Below, in pieces: positions 34,649-43,242 of a stretch of 44,829 nucleotides of DNA. The position numbers were made by a program, and so were the translations under genes. Positions within the stretch are counted from its first letter, which is position 1. Every line of letters begins with the position of its first letter. The notes under the pieces are model-generated. The model made no database searches and was not told where the DNA came from. It saw only the letters and a program-made list of their open reading frames with translations. The DNA is from Escherichia phage VB_EcoS-Golestan. The DNA is taken from sequence record NC_042084.1, one strand, 5' to 3'.

Positions 34649-36906
34649 TCCAAATCCTCCTCTGTCACTGTCAACATTTCATTCGGTTCGTATATTGTCT
34701 TTGGAATCTTGTTATCGTTTATGCCCCACGGCAGTCGATATTGCTTAGGTATAGGCCTGTTGTTGTTATCCAGCCCAGAGACGATAACTCCCGCCTCGTG
34801 CATCTCTTCCAGTTTCTTTCGAAGGTCGTTATTAGCGTTAATTGGTACGCCGTAACTATCCTCTTTCGCGGCTTTGACGATAGCGGACATAGAAAACCCG
34901 CGCTTGTCGTCGCCCTGCTCCTGCAATTTACCCAACGCGTAAATAACCGTAGCCTCTTTGGTGTCCAGTTTCTCGAACTGACCTACCTTTTCTTTAACGG
35001 CTTCCTTCTGTTCGTCGGTCATACCTTCTACTTTCTTCACGAAGACAGAGAAGGCGTTAAAGTTAACAAAGACATCGATGTGCGGATTTCCCGCGTCAAA
35101 ATCTCGTACATCGTCACTACTATACCCTTCCGGAAGCCCCATGAAGTTGTGAGTTGGTTCTTTCTTTTCCGGTGGCTCCGCTATCTGAATCTTCTGTATT
35201 ACGAATCCTCTGGCTTTCTGCCGTTCTCCGTTTCGGTTCTTTATGTGATACAGGTTTATCTCTAAGTTATTGTCGTTGTCCGGCTTATGCAGGAACATCC
35301 CATTATCAATGGAGTTGTGAAAGTCGCTTCCACCCTTCGGCATCATGCCGTTTTCAGACGGCACAGTTTCGTCGATGTTTTTAGTCGGGTGCACCATAGC
35401 GCCGACCGCGGCGTTAAGCGTCGACGCTATTTCGTTAAGCGCCTGCGCCGCTTCTTTCATCGACCTGTTGTCGTTCTCGTCGAAGCCAGGTATGCAAGTT
35501 TGTAGGGTATCAAACGTAACCTTTACAATTTTCTCTTCACCGGCAACACGGCGCATCATTCTTACTGCCCGGCGGCGCCACACCTCATCGAGTAAGTTAC
35601 ACCCATCCGCAACACAATCGATAATGTGCAAGCGGTCAAGGTTGTCACCGAGGGCGATTTGCAAAGACTTTTTATGACGCTCGAACGACTGTGCACCTTC
35701 ACCGGCGAAAATGAACGCATGTCCTTCCGCGACCTCCGCCCCACCGAACGCATATCTTTTTTCGGAGGCAATAGCGGCGTCAATCGCCATGCTAAATGTT
35801 GACTTACCGGTGTGGGACTTTGCGCAAATGTAGAATGATTCGTTAGTCTGCATAAGGCCGTCTACGACGGAGTAAGCAGGTTCTTTTTCAACTTCCGGCT
35901 CGTCTTCGAGGTCTTCCAGCGTGCAAGTTACAGGCTCCTCGTTCTCTGTGCGATGCAGTTCTTCAACCTCTTCGTCCGGTAAATCAGGCAAAGCCGCACG
36001 AATGCTGTTAATACTGATAGGTTGCTTGTCTACGTTAAGCTCGTCCGGAAGGCCGCACATACGCAGGGCTAGATGTTGCCGGCGGTTAAGCTCGGTACAA
36101 GCGCCATTGTTTGTGTGCTGGCAGACAAAGCGCACTTCTTTACCGTCAAGCATGATGCTGGTGGAGCCTTTACCGGTGTGCAGGTGTTCGTTAGGGCAGG
36201 GCACTTCGTACCCGCGCCCGGAAGATAAAGCGTCAAGTCCAAGCTCCGCTTCGCAGAAATGCGCTATATCTGCGTTAAGCCCATGCTCATCAGCGGCAAG
36301 TGTCTTAGCTTCACGTTTACGCAACCCCATCTCTTCGGCTTTCTTGATGTACCGCTCCGCACGGATAACACGCCCTTCTGTAACCGTTATCTTCGACTCT
36401 CTATGCGGCAGGTAGATAAGGCGGTTGCCGTCTTCTGTGCAGTGGTCACGCAATGCCTCGTCTATTTCTAACTCTGCACAAATAGCCCGTTGCACCATCC
36501 ACGCATCGTTAGAGTTAAACGGCGTGCGAGCCGGAACCAGAACGCGGAAGGCGTAATCACCGTTTTTACACGCGTGCTGATGGGATGCCGTTGTGTGTAG
36601 AATATTGAAGAACGGCGCGTTCTTGAATTTGCGGGTAAGGTCGCGGTACTGAGTACGGTTGAGATGGTCGAAGTCAAACTTAACCACACTGTCTTCCAGA
36701 ATCGCGTTTTTACGGCGACCCCCAACGGGGGCGATAGCCTTCTGCTTAATCTTGGCAGCGTCGTACTCTTCCTTAGTCCATGACGGGTCTACGGACAGAC
36801 GCTTCGATGTATCGCAGACATATTCTACGAACTGCTCCAGCGGCATTTCACGCGCTACAGGGTTTTTATCGAATGTGTTGCGCAGCGTTGCAAAAACAAT
36901 ATTCAT
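34645..36906 (-). CDS. Primase/helicase-type replication protein (RepA/AAA_25-like P-loop ATPase)
   Basis: 753 aa; Walker A AKSHTGKST; Cys cluster; largest gene of the replication operon. Confidence 0.6.
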   Translation of the reverse strand: MNIVFATLRNTFDKNPVAREMPLEQFVEYVCDTSKRLSVDPSWTKEEYDAAKIKQKAIAPVGGRRKNAILEDSVVKFDFDHLNRTQYRDLTRKFKNAPFFNILHTTASHQHACKNGDYAFRVLVPARTPFNSNDAWMVQRAICAELEIDEALRDHCTEDGNRLIYLPHRESKITVTEGRVIRAERYIKKAEEMGLRKREAKTLAADEHGLNADIAHFCEAELGLDALSSGRGYEVPCPNEHLHTGKGSTSIMLDGKEVRFVCQHTNNGACTELNRRQHLALRMCGLPDELNVDKQPISINSIRAALPDLPDEEVEELHRTENEEPVTCTLEDLEDEPEVEKEPAYSVVDGLMQTNESFYICAKSHTGKSTFSMAIDAAIASEKRYAFGGAEVAEGHAFIFAGEGAQSFERHKKSLQIALGDNLDRLHIIDCVADGCNLLDEVWRRRAVRMMRRVAGEEKIVKVTFDTLQTCIPGFDENDNRSMKEAAQALNEIASTLNAAVGAMVHPTKNIDETVPSENGMMPKGGSDFHNSIDNGMFLHKPDNDNNLEINLYHIKNRNGERQKARGFVIQKIQIAEPPEKKEPTHNFMGLPEGYSSDDVRDFDAGNPHIDVFVNFNAFSVFVKKVEGMTDEQKEAVKEKVGQFEKLDTKEATVIYALGKLQEQGDDKRGFSMSAIVKAAKEDSYGVPINANNDLRKKLEEMHEAGVIVSGLDNNNRPIPKQYRLPWGINDNKIPKTIYEPNEMLTVTEEDLE

Positions 36907-37031
36907 TTCTTTTTCTCCGCACGTTCTAAGGCTTCCTGCATACGACGCATTGCGCGGTTCATCTTTACCGGTGCGAAGAAATCAGCGCCATGTTTCTGGC
37001 GGCGTAGCTGTGGAACTATTAACTTCGACAT
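36903..37031 (-). CDS. Small basic protein (42 aa) translationally coupled to the primase gene
   Basis: Hand-translated MSKLIVPQLRRQKHGADFF...; RBS AAGGA; ATGA overlap with primase start. Confidence 0.25.
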   Translation of the reverse strand: MSKLIVPQLRRQKHGADFFAPVKMNRAMRRMQEALERAEKKK

Positions 37032-37081
37032 TGTATAATCCTTGTGCTTACTTTGATGATTTGTGCTTTAGCCCCGACGTT

Positions 37082-37315
37082 CTAGCGTTGGGGTTTCTTT
37101 TGCCTACGTGCCGCATTAATCCACTCTCCTTCGCTCTGGTAGAAACTGCAATCAAGAATATCCTCTATAGAAAATTTAACTATTTTAGTGGGTCCACAAA
37201 AGTTATAAGGGAAAAGTTCTACATAACACCCATCGTCGGTTATATTTGACGCAATCTTGAAATAATATTTAATGCTGTCGTCTTCACGGAAGCTACAACC
37301 CATACGCCCAATCAT
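37082..37315 (-). CDS. Hypothetical protein
   Basis: 77 aa; ATGA coupling to the upstream HTH gene. Confidence 0.4.
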   Translation of the reverse strand: MIGRMGCSFREDDSIKYYFKIASNITDDGCYVELFPYNFCGPTKIVKFSIEDILDCSFYQSEGEWINAARRQKKPQR

Positions 37316-37500
37316 TTCACGTTCTCCTTAATCCACGCTTCAACTTTATTACGGTCAAATGTTCCTGGTAAACGGCGCCCCATAACTTTAATACAGCAGT
37401 CAGGGAATTTACCACTGCGTAACCAGTTATTAATTGTCTGACGTGTTACCCCGATACGTTCTGCTACTTCATTCTGGGTCATGTAATGTTGCATTTTCAT
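37312..37500 (-). CDS. AlpA/excisionase-like helix-turn-helix DNA-binding protein; start set at ATG 37500
   Basis: MTQNEVAERIGVTRQTINNWLRSGKFP HTH; RBS AGGAG before ATG 37500; first gene of the - strand replication operon. Confidence 0.55.
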   Translation of the reverse strand: MKMQHYMTQNEVAERIGVTRQTINNWLRSGKFPDCCIKVMGRRLPGTFDRNKVEAWIKENVK

Positions 37501-37601
37501 ATCTCCTGTTTGTTTGGTGAAAACGAGTATAGGATAGCGGGAATGTAAAAGCAACTAAAACACCACACAAAGTTACTAAGATACAAAAGATGCTACTGGT
37601 A

Positions 37602-37630
37602 TTGACTTTTACTAAAAAATATGGTAAGCT
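37602..37630 (+). promoter_or_regulatory. Sigma70-type promoter TTGACT-N17-TAAGCT with extended -10 TG (paralog of 4980-5008)
   Basis: Near-identical to the 4980 promoter; followed by the same leader. Confidence 0.6.
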
Positions 37631-37633
37631 CAG

Positions 37634-37690
37634 CCTGAGCTTGTGAAGTATGAACAAGCGACCGCGGCGCGCGGCAGGCGAAACGAGCAC
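37634..37690 (+). other. Conserved promoter-proximal leader element, copy 2
   Basis: 38 nt identical to 5012-5049, then similar but diverged sequence. Confidence 0.5.
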
Positions 37691-37799
37691 GTGTAGCGTG
37701 TGGAGTGAGGCTCGCTAGCGCGTTTGGGAGGCCCAAAGTCTATTGTAAATCCCACCTAAATATCTAAGTTACTGATTTGCCGTAGGTCAGAACCGCAAG

Positions 37800-37826
37800 C
37801 TCACTCACTCACTCACTCACTCACTC
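37800..37826. repeat. Tetranucleotide microsatellite (CTCA)6 followed by hairpin GGTGCC-TTCG-GCACC (37831-37846)
   Basis: Direct read: CTCACTCACTCACTCACTCACTCACTC. Confidence 0.9.
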
Positions 37827-37910
37827 TTGGTGCCTTCGGCACCACGTTCGTTTCGTTTCGCTCGCCATCCCATTAAACGAAAGAATCACAACGGCAACGT
37901 AACTATTCTC

Positions 37911-37939
37911 TTGCACACCCCAACATAATAGGATACTAT
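37911..37939 (+). promoter_or_regulatory. Family-1 promoter copy F (TTGCAC-N17-TACTAT) with inverted repeat AATAG-N4-CTATT (37927-37940)
   Basis: Near-identical to copies A, B and H; upstream of the small-gene block starting at 37975. Confidence 0.5.
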
Positions 37940-37974
37940 TCACTTATCGAAACGAGACAGAGGAGTGAGGGTTA

Positions 37975-38165
37975 TGTTTAAGAAGGGTCAGTTGGTTAAA
38001 ACTAAACGCGGAGGGCAATATGTATTAGTGTTGCAGGACGAGAGCGAGTATGACGAGGATAATCTGGTTGACGTATGGGGTCTGGTAAGAAAGAAAACTG
38101 GGTTCGCCTCACGCGATAATTTAGAACTCATCGGCAACAATTTTAAATTCAAAGGGGTGAAGTGA
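37975..38165 (+). CDS. Hypothetical small protein
   Basis: 66 aa; RBS GAGGAGTGAGGG. Confidence 0.5.
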
Positions 38166-38383
38166 TGATTAAGGTGGAGATTAAATCGAAAGAGACAAAA
38201 CAAACTGTAGCCAGTAAAGAATTCAACAGTGAATCCGAAATAGGTCCCTGGTTAAAACAGTACGTACATTTGCAGACGGTTTATATCATTCTGACGAAGG
38301 CAAGTGGCGTTACCGTTTTACTAGAACCGGCATCGAATAATGATGCTTGTGCCGACGACTCTGAGGGAGGTTGCCGTGGATAA
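38162..38383 (+). CDS. Hypothetical small protein
   Basis: 73 aa; ATGA coupling. Confidence 0.45.
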   Translation: MMIKVEIKSKETKQTVASKEFNSESEIGPWLKQYVHLQTVYIILTKASGVTVLLEPASNNDACADDSEGGCRG

Positions 38384-38425
38384 TATTTTAATTGTCAGCG
38401 CTGTTTATGCGGGGTGGAGGTTGAT

Positions 38426-38620
38426 ATGAGTCCATATAATGAATTCCGCTTACGCCGTCTTGTTGGTGGGCTGCGCGCCGCCGAGTTTGGCGTTGAATGT
38501 CGGGAAAAGGCGAAGTACACCCCATGGAAGTCGTGGAATTTGGCCCACGCTAAGGCGGTAGCGCAGTACCGGGAGTACAAGTTAAATAGTTTCCTAAAGC
38601 ACCACGGGGTAGAGCTATGA
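38426..38620 (+). CDS. Hypothetical small protein; start set at ATG 38426
   Basis: RBS GGAGGT 6 nt upstream of ATG 38426. Confidence 0.45.
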   Translation: MSPYNEFRLRRLVGGLRAAEFGVECREKAKYTPWKSWNLAHAKAVAQYREYKLNSFLKHHGVEL

Positions 38621-38760
38621 GAGAAGCATTCGAACGGTGGGCCGTCGTCGAGGGTCTGCCGGTTAACAAGGGTTCGAAGAAAGAGTACCTGAACATTAAG
38701 ACGCGTCTCGCGTGGCGGGCGTGGAAAGCTGGTGTGCAAACTGTGATGAATACGAGGTGA
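38617..38760 (+). CDS. Hypothetical small protein (47 aa)
   Basis: Hand-translated MREAFERWAVVEGLPVNKGSKKEYLNIKTRLAWRAWKAGVQTVMNTR; ATGA coupling. Confidence 0.3.
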   Translation: MREAFERWAVVEGLPVNKGSKKEYLNIKTRLAWRAWKAGVQTVMNTR

Positions 38761-38763
38761 GAT

Positions 38764-38952
38764 ATGAGCGAGTGGATTAAGTGTAGCGAGCGGATGCCGG
38801 AGCCTTATGAATACGTTCTTGTAACTGATGGTTTTGTCGGTTGTGAGGTTATGCGTGTTAATTCAGATGGCTACTGGGGACCAGCGAAGAGTTTATATCA
38901 CGGTGATATCTCCCACTGGATGCCCTTACCTGAGCCACCGGCGCCGGTGTAA
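38764..38952 (+). CDS. DUF551-like small phage protein
   Basis: 62 aa; N-terminal MSEWIKCSERMPE pattern recalled as typical of DUF551. Confidence 0.45.
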   Translation: MSEWIKCSERMPEPYEYVLVTDGFVGCEVMRVNSDGYWGPAKSLYHGDISHWMPLPEPPAPV

Positions 38953-38997
38953 CAGGGGGTATAACAGGTCAATAGGTTACTATTTTACTGAGTGACT

Positions 38998-39036
38998 TAC
39001 GCTGCTACACAGCAGCGTATCATTTTTCTCATTTTT
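38998..39036 (+). terminator. Rho-independent terminator
   Basis: TACGCTGCT-ACAC-AGCAGCGTA hairpin followed by TCATTTTTCTCATTTTTG. Confidence 0.55.
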
Positions 39037-39112
39037 GTTCTATTTCACCAAACGCAACAATCGAAGCGACTATTGCAGGAGATGCAACAATACAGGCACC
39101 AATAAAATTTAC

Positions 39113-39141
39113 TTGCACACTAAGATAGAATAGGCTACTAT
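39113..39141 (+). promoter_or_regulatory. Family-1 promoter copy H (TTGCAC-N17-TACTAT) with inverted repeat AATAG-N4-CTATT (39129-39142)
   Basis: Near-identical to copies A, B and F. Confidence 0.5.
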
Positions 39142-39157
39142 TCATTTACACCAACGA

Positions 39158-39340
39158 GTGGAGAGATGGAAGATGACGTTTAAAGAAGCGGTATCATACG
39201 GGTACTTAAGACGTAGAGGAAATTATAAAGGTGCTCCGTGGGTGTGCAATGGGCGCCAGTTCGATACCTGGAAAGAGGCACTGGCGGAAGCCAATGAAAT
39301 GTTAAAAAGAGACTGGGAGCAACAGAAAAATGGACAGTAA
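39158..39340 (+). CDS. Hypothetical small protein
   Basis: 60 aa; RBS GAGTGGAGAG. Confidence 0.45.
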   Translation: MERWKMTFKEAVSYGYLRRRGNYKGAPWVCNGRQFDTWKEALAEANEMLKRDWEQQKNGQ

Positions 39341-39782
39341 AAACGAAGTATTCGAGTACCTGATTGACCAACTACGTCAGCAGGTAAATAACAACCAGTG
39401 CGAAGACCTGGCGCAAGAGGTGCAGTCGCTTAAGAATCGGTTACGTGACGCGTCGGCGCAGATTAAGGAGTTGCATAAAGAGCTTGAGTATATTGGGGGC
39501 GAGTACAGACGAGCACTTGATTACGATCTTAGCGATGCACCTAAGCAATCTGGTTGCCGTAAGGGATACACCCAGAAATCATGCTGGATTGAGTGGTCAG
39601 GAGGAGCTTGCCCTGTGCCACGCGGAACACTTGTCGATGTTATTTACCGCGACGGGGAAACCTTATGTGGCTTGCCTGCTGATGAGCTTAACGACACGGA
39701 AAGAGATGCTAGCGTCTGCTTTTGGCGACACAATGGTATGTCTAATGACATAGTTCGTTACCGTAAGGCCGTGCGCCAATGA
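39330..39782 (+). CDS. Hypothetical protein with N-terminal coiled coil and Cys-rich C-terminal half
   Basis: 150 aa. Confidence 0.45.
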   Translation: MDSKNEVFEYLIDQLRQQVNNNQCEDLAQEVQSLKNRLRDASAQIKELHKELEYIGGEYRRALDYDLSDAPKQSGCRKGYTQKSCWIEWSGGACPVPRGTLVDVIYRDGETLCGLPADELNDTERDASVCFWRHNGMSNDIVRYRKAVRQ

Positions 39783-39982
39783 CCAGCATCTTATTTATCT
39801 GGGTATTGTCCGCAGGCCAGATGCAACTAGCGGCATCAGAAACGTTCTACTCGATGGAGGCGTGCCAGTCAGCGGCACGCGCCGCAGAGAACGCGCACTT
39901 CCTGTTTCAGGGCGACAAGCCCAACGATTCAGAGGTACGCGCTATCTGCTCACCTAAGCGACTTGGTAAACAGGGGAAATAA
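39779..39982 (+). CDS. Small secreted/membrane protein (signal-peptide-like N-terminus)
   Basis: 67 aa; hydrophobic N-terminus MTSILFIWVLSAGQMQLAAS; ATGA coupling. Confidence 0.4.
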   Translation: MTSILFIWVLSAGQMQLAASETFYSMEACQSAARAAENAHFLFQGDKPNDSEVRAICSPKRLGKQGK

Positions 39983-40166
39983 CATGGTACAGAGATATGG
40001 CTACAACCCGATGTTCGGGTTTACTCCTGATGTTGAAGGCGGGTTAGTGCTTTACGAAGATTACGCGAAACTCGAAGCCGAGTTACAGAAATACAAGGAC
40101 CAGTTCCTCGATTACGTCGAGTGCGCGAACTGTGGGTCAATTACACATGTGGAAGGGGTGGAGTGA
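39963..40166 (+). CDS. Hypothetical small protein
   Basis: 67 aa; RBS AGGGGAAATAAC. Confidence 0.4.
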   Translation: MVNRGNNMVQRYGYNPMFGFTPDVEGGLVLYEDYAKLEAELQKYKDQFLDYVECANCGSITHVEGVE

Positions 40167-40168
40167 AG

Positions 40169-40414
40169 ATGACGAGTAGAGAACGGTTTGAAAAGTGGTT
40201 TAATAGAAGAAGCAACTGGAAAATAACTCCATCAATGAGAAAGAAGGATGGATATATTGGCAACCCATCTGCGCAAAGCAAATGGGAAGTGTGGAAGGCG
40301 TCACGCGAAGAAATTGAGATTCAAGCGTGTCCGTGCCCAAACGACCATGGCCCGTATGTTGATGACCATTATCGCGAGCAAATTAATAACGCAGGCCTAA
40401 AGTTGAAAAAATGA
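40169..40414 (+). CDS. Hypothetical protein; start set at ATG 40169
   Basis: RBS GGAGTGAAG; ORF-track start 40121 overlaps the previous gene. Confidence 0.4.
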   Translation: MTSRERFEKWFNRRSNWKITPSMRKKDGYIGNPSAQSKWEVWKASREEIEIQACPCPNDHGPYVDDHYREQINNAGLKLKK

Positions 40415-40496
40415 TTATCCAACTGAACGACATCATGAAAGCCGATATCATTCAGCTTGAAGATTACGGCATACAACTCGCGGAGATTCTCGGTAT

Positions 40497-40790
40497 ATGA
40501 GCCTCGCAACTGACATCCTGAAACGAAGCGGCCTTGCGCCGCTGTCACCGAGAGCGAAGACGAGTATATACAAGCGCCGAGGTAACGCGCTGTACCCAGA
40601 GATTCAGGCCAGACGTAAAGCTATCCGCGCCTGTGGATTCCAGAACGGGAAGGCTGTGAATCTCGGTGAGTTTAAAACGCAGGAGCGCGCAGCTATTGCT
40701 AATCGGTTATTTAATTACTGGAAATCGCTGGGATACGATGATATTCCGACTAAACCGCAGAGACGACAATACATCTGGCGTCATAAATAA
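40497..40790 (+). CDS. Hypothetical protein, possible AP2-like DNA-binding fold
   Basis: 97 aa; basic; GKAVNLGEFKTQERAAIA loosely resembles AP2-type domains. Confidence 0.35.
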   Translation: MSLATDILKRSGLAPLSPRAKTSIYKRRGNALYPEIQARRKAIRACGFQNGKAVNLGEFKTQERAAIANRLFNYWKSLGYDDIPTKPQRRQYIWRHK

Positions 40791-40865
40791 ACCGTTATTA
40801 GGATAATTCCTACCCGTGGTATCCTCCAGTTACTGCATACTTAATACGCACCTGGAGGATTCATC

Positions 40866-41174
40866 TTGGATAAATTTACTGAAACAGTGACAGGCTGGCT
40901 TCTCGCTGCCGCACTGGTCGGTGGATTGGTCGGACTAAGACAACATAAAAAGTCTATATCCGGGCCGATTGACGGACTGGTATTTCTTCTCACCGGCTTC
41001 GCGTGTGCCATTTTCGGTGCACCTCTTGCTGCTCAATGGTTCGGTATTACCGGTGAGCGCGAGATAGCTGGCCTCGGATTCATCATTGCCATTCTCTGGA
41101 TGCCTATCTATTCCCGCCTTTCTGGCATCGTATCGGGCGGCGATATTGCCCGCCCAGGAGGACCGCATGACTGA
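40866..41174 (+). CDS. Holin (three predicted TM segments), TTG start
   Basis: 102 aa; RBS GGAGGA 7 nt upstream; hydrophobic segments; upstream of endolysin. Confidence 0.6.
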   Translation: MDKFTETVTGWLLAAALVGGLVGLRQHKKSISGPIDGLVFLLTGFACAIFGAPLAAQWFGITGEREIAGLGFIIAILWMPIYSRLSGIVSGGDIARPGGPHD

Positions 41175-41439
41175 GCTATTCTGGTTTGTCGTAATGCTTT
41201 CAATTGGCGCTTCGTCCCTGTTCAACGTGTATAACGAACACGTGGACGACGGGCTGTTCGGGCGTGTGCTTTATATTCTGACTGCTATTGTCTGCGCCGC
41301 CGGATGTATCCACCTGTTACAGGGCAGCATGTCACCGACGCTGCCTGAGACATTAATCACATTAGTTGCGCTGCGTCAGATTCGTCAGGCGTGGCTGTCG
41401 TACGGAGGGCATAAGCGTGTCTCGAAACATTTCAGATAA
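41167..41439 (+). CDS. Second lysis-associated membrane protein (holin/antiholin-like)
   Basis: Two or three hydrophobic segments; overlaps the holin stop and the endolysin start. Confidence 0.45.
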   Translation: MTELFWFVVMLSIGASSLFNVYNEHVDDGLFGRVLYILTAIVCAAGCIHLLQGSMSPTLPETLITLVALRQIRQAWLSYGGHKRVSKHFR

Positions 41440-41902
41440 TGGGTTGCATTTCACCGCAGCATTTGAGGGATTCCGCGGAACCGCGTATCGCGCTACACCG
41501 AACGAGAAGTACCTTACGATTGGGTATGGTCACTACGGGCCGGACGTTAAGGCGGGGCAGACCATCACACCGGGACAAGGACTCCTGTTACTGAATCGTG
41601 ATATGGCTAAGGCTGTAGCCGCAGTTGATGCGGCAGCACACCATTCGCTTACACAGGCACAGTTCGACGCAGTGTGCGACCTGGTGTATAACGCTGGTGC
41701 CGGTGTGATTGCGGCTACTACTGGCACAGGTAAGGCACTGCGTTCTGGTGACGTCACGACTCTGCGGGCTAAGCTGGCGCTGTTCATCAACCAGAACGGC
41801 AAACCGATACTTGGACTGCGTCGTCGTACCGCCGGTCGTCTGGCGCTGTTCGACGGTAAACCGTGGCAGGAGGCGGAGGCTATCGGGAGGGCTGTTAGAT
41901 GA
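41417..41902 (+). CDS. Endolysin, GH24 lysozyme-like; start set at GTG 41417
   Basis: FEGFRGTAYRATPNEKYLTIGYGH matches the GH24 lysozyme N-terminal pattern; RBS GGAGGG before GTG 41417. Confidence 0.75.
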   Translation: MSRNISDNGLHFTAAFEGFRGTAYRATPNEKYLTIGYGHYGPDVKAGQTITPGQGLLLLNRDMAKAVAAVDAAAHHSLTQAQFDAVCDLVYNAGAGVIAATTGTGKALRSGDVTTLRAKLALFINQNGKPILGLRRRTAGRLALFDGKPWQEAEAIGRAVR

Positions 41903-41964
41903 TGGAAGAAAACTGGGACGTATAGTAAACTTACTCCCACGCTGCTTGTGCTTGCACCACCCGA

Positions 41965-41995
41965 AACCCGGACCGCGAATCCGGGTTTTATTTTA
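41965..41995 (+). terminator. Rho-independent terminator after the lysis cassette
   Basis: AACCCGG-N9-CCGGGTT hairpin followed by TTTTATTTT. Confidence 0.65.
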
Positions 41996-42068
41996 CCAAT
42001 TGACACCTAAGACTAATCCGACGATACTTAAATCACCTCCTGTTCCATCCCTCTGCTCTCCAGTTTTA

Positions 42069-42100
42069 TCCCGGCCCTGACCCAGCCGGGATTTTTTTTA
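42069..42100 (+). terminator. Second rho-independent terminator
   Basis: TCCCGGC-N9-GCCGGGA hairpin followed by T8. Confidence 0.65.
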
Positions 42101-42121
42101 TCTATTTTCGGTAATGACTAG

Positions 42122-42150
42122 TTGACTATTACCCTCGACCCTATTATATT
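42122..42150 (+). promoter_or_regulatory. Promoter TTGACT-N17-TATATT
   Basis: Good -35/-10 with 17-bp spacer about 35 nt upstream of the ORF at 42184; shares CCCTATTATATT with family-1 region A. Confidence 0.5.
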
Positions 42151-42183
42151 TACTCCATCGACAACGAGAACGGAGTAGAGAAG

Positions 42184-42432
42184 ATGAGTAACGTACTGAC
42201 AATCGCAATAACCGAGGAACTTGAAGCCAAATGTATCGCATGGACTATGGGTAATGACCCGGTTGCTATGCGTAAATTTCCAATGAAAATCACAGACATC
42301 GAAGCATTCAAAGATGCACAACTGATGGCACGCATCGCCGTTAGTAACCTGAGCAATAGCATCCCTGCGGACGCGTTCTGGTTCGCTGCAATGCAGACAC
42401 TTAAAGCAGCATATGCAGGAGAGAAGAAATGA
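42184..42432 (+). CDS. Hypothetical protein
   Basis: 82 aa; RBS GGAGTAGAGAAG. Confidence 0.45.
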   Translation: MSNVLTIAITEELEAKCIAWTMGNDPVAMRKFPMKITDIEAFKDAQLMARIAVSNLSNSIPADAFWFAAMQTLKAAYAGEKK

Positions 42433-42626
42433 AAGTTAAAGCAGCTAAAATTCTCTGGTTACCCGCCCTTGACTATGTGACAGAGGGTAAAGTGTATGAC
42501 GTATACAACCCGAAAACTACTGGTTTTGGTTATATAGTTGCCGATGACGGCTGTGATATTTACATAGACTTTGGTAGCGATGAAGGTGATGGTTTCCACG
42601 GCGTTAAATGGGAGATTGTCGAATGA
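42429..42626 (+). CDS. Hypothetical protein
   Basis: 65 aa; ATGA coupling; RBS GGAGAGAAG. Confidence 0.45.
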   Translation: MKVKAAKILWLPALDYVTEGKVYDVYNPKTTGFGYIVADDGCDIYIDFGSDEGDGFHGVKWEIVE

Positions 42627-42784
42627 GCGAACAAACACCAATCAGCCAACCGTTACGAGTAGGCCGTAAAGTCAGTCACATCCCGTTCCCGACACGCGAA
42701 GAACTGATGAAACGTAACAGTTTCCCGGGGCCGGACAAGAACAAGTATCTCAACCGCATGTGGGGAGAGCGTAAAAATGACTGA
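42623..42784 (+). CDS. Hypothetical small protein (53 aa)
   Basis: Hand-translated MSEQTPISQPLRVGRKVSHIPFPTREELMKRNSFPGPDKNKYLNRMWGERKND; ATGA coupling. Confidence 0.3.
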   Translation: MSEQTPISQPLRVGRKVSHIPFPTREELMKRNSFPGPDKNKYLNRMWGERKND

Positions 42785-42962
42785 CCGTGAATATGAAAAG
42801 ATGATGGTAGAGGCCGTTAACGGCGGCGTAGACATTAGCCACGTGATGTGCGTCCTGAATAATAAAATCGCGGTAGCCGAGCAAATGGTGGAGTCGCTTT
42901 ACGAGACGCGCCGTGAACTGATTAACCGCTTCAACCTGAACAAAGGTGACACCAATGCCTAA
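42777..42962 (+). CDS. Hypothetical protein
   Basis: 61 aa; overlaps previous ORF. Confidence 0.4.
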   Translation: MTDREYEKMMVEAVNGGVDISHVMCVLNNKIAVAEQMVESLYETRRELINRFNLNKGDTNA

Positions 42963-43242
42963 AATCACAATCGCATCTCTCGAGCGCCGTATTCTGGTGC
43001 TTGAGTCGGAGAAACAGACGTTAGGCGGGCAACTGTCGATTAACGGTGAGTTTCAGCTGGAGGCGTTCCGTATACTCCTCGGCGTTATGAAGCAGGAACC
43101 CAGCGCATACGCGGGAGTGTTCCTTGACGAGGAAGGTTCGCAGACACTAAGTTACTACGCTACCGAAGAAGAATTAGCGTTCGACGGCCCCGCGGTATCT
43201 ATCCCGCTGTTCGATAACTGGATGGTGTACGACTATGACTAA
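42955..43242 (+). CDS. Hypothetical protein; start set at ATG 42955
   Basis: RBS AAAGGTGA; ORF-track GTG start at 42946. Confidence 0.4.
   Translation: MPKITIASLERRILVLESEKQTLGGQLSINGEFQLEAFRILLGVMKQEPSAYAGVFLDEEGSQTLSYYATEEELAFDGPAVSIPLFDNWMVYDYD

Noticed and set aside
36659-37249. 196-aa + strand ORF spanning the primase start and upstream - strand genes
   Set aside because: Overlaps several coupled - strand genes with good RBSs; no promoter or RBS of its own
37800-37826. CRISPR-like array
   Set aside because: 4-nt unit microsatellite without spacers; no CRISPR repeat/spacer architecture anywhere in the window
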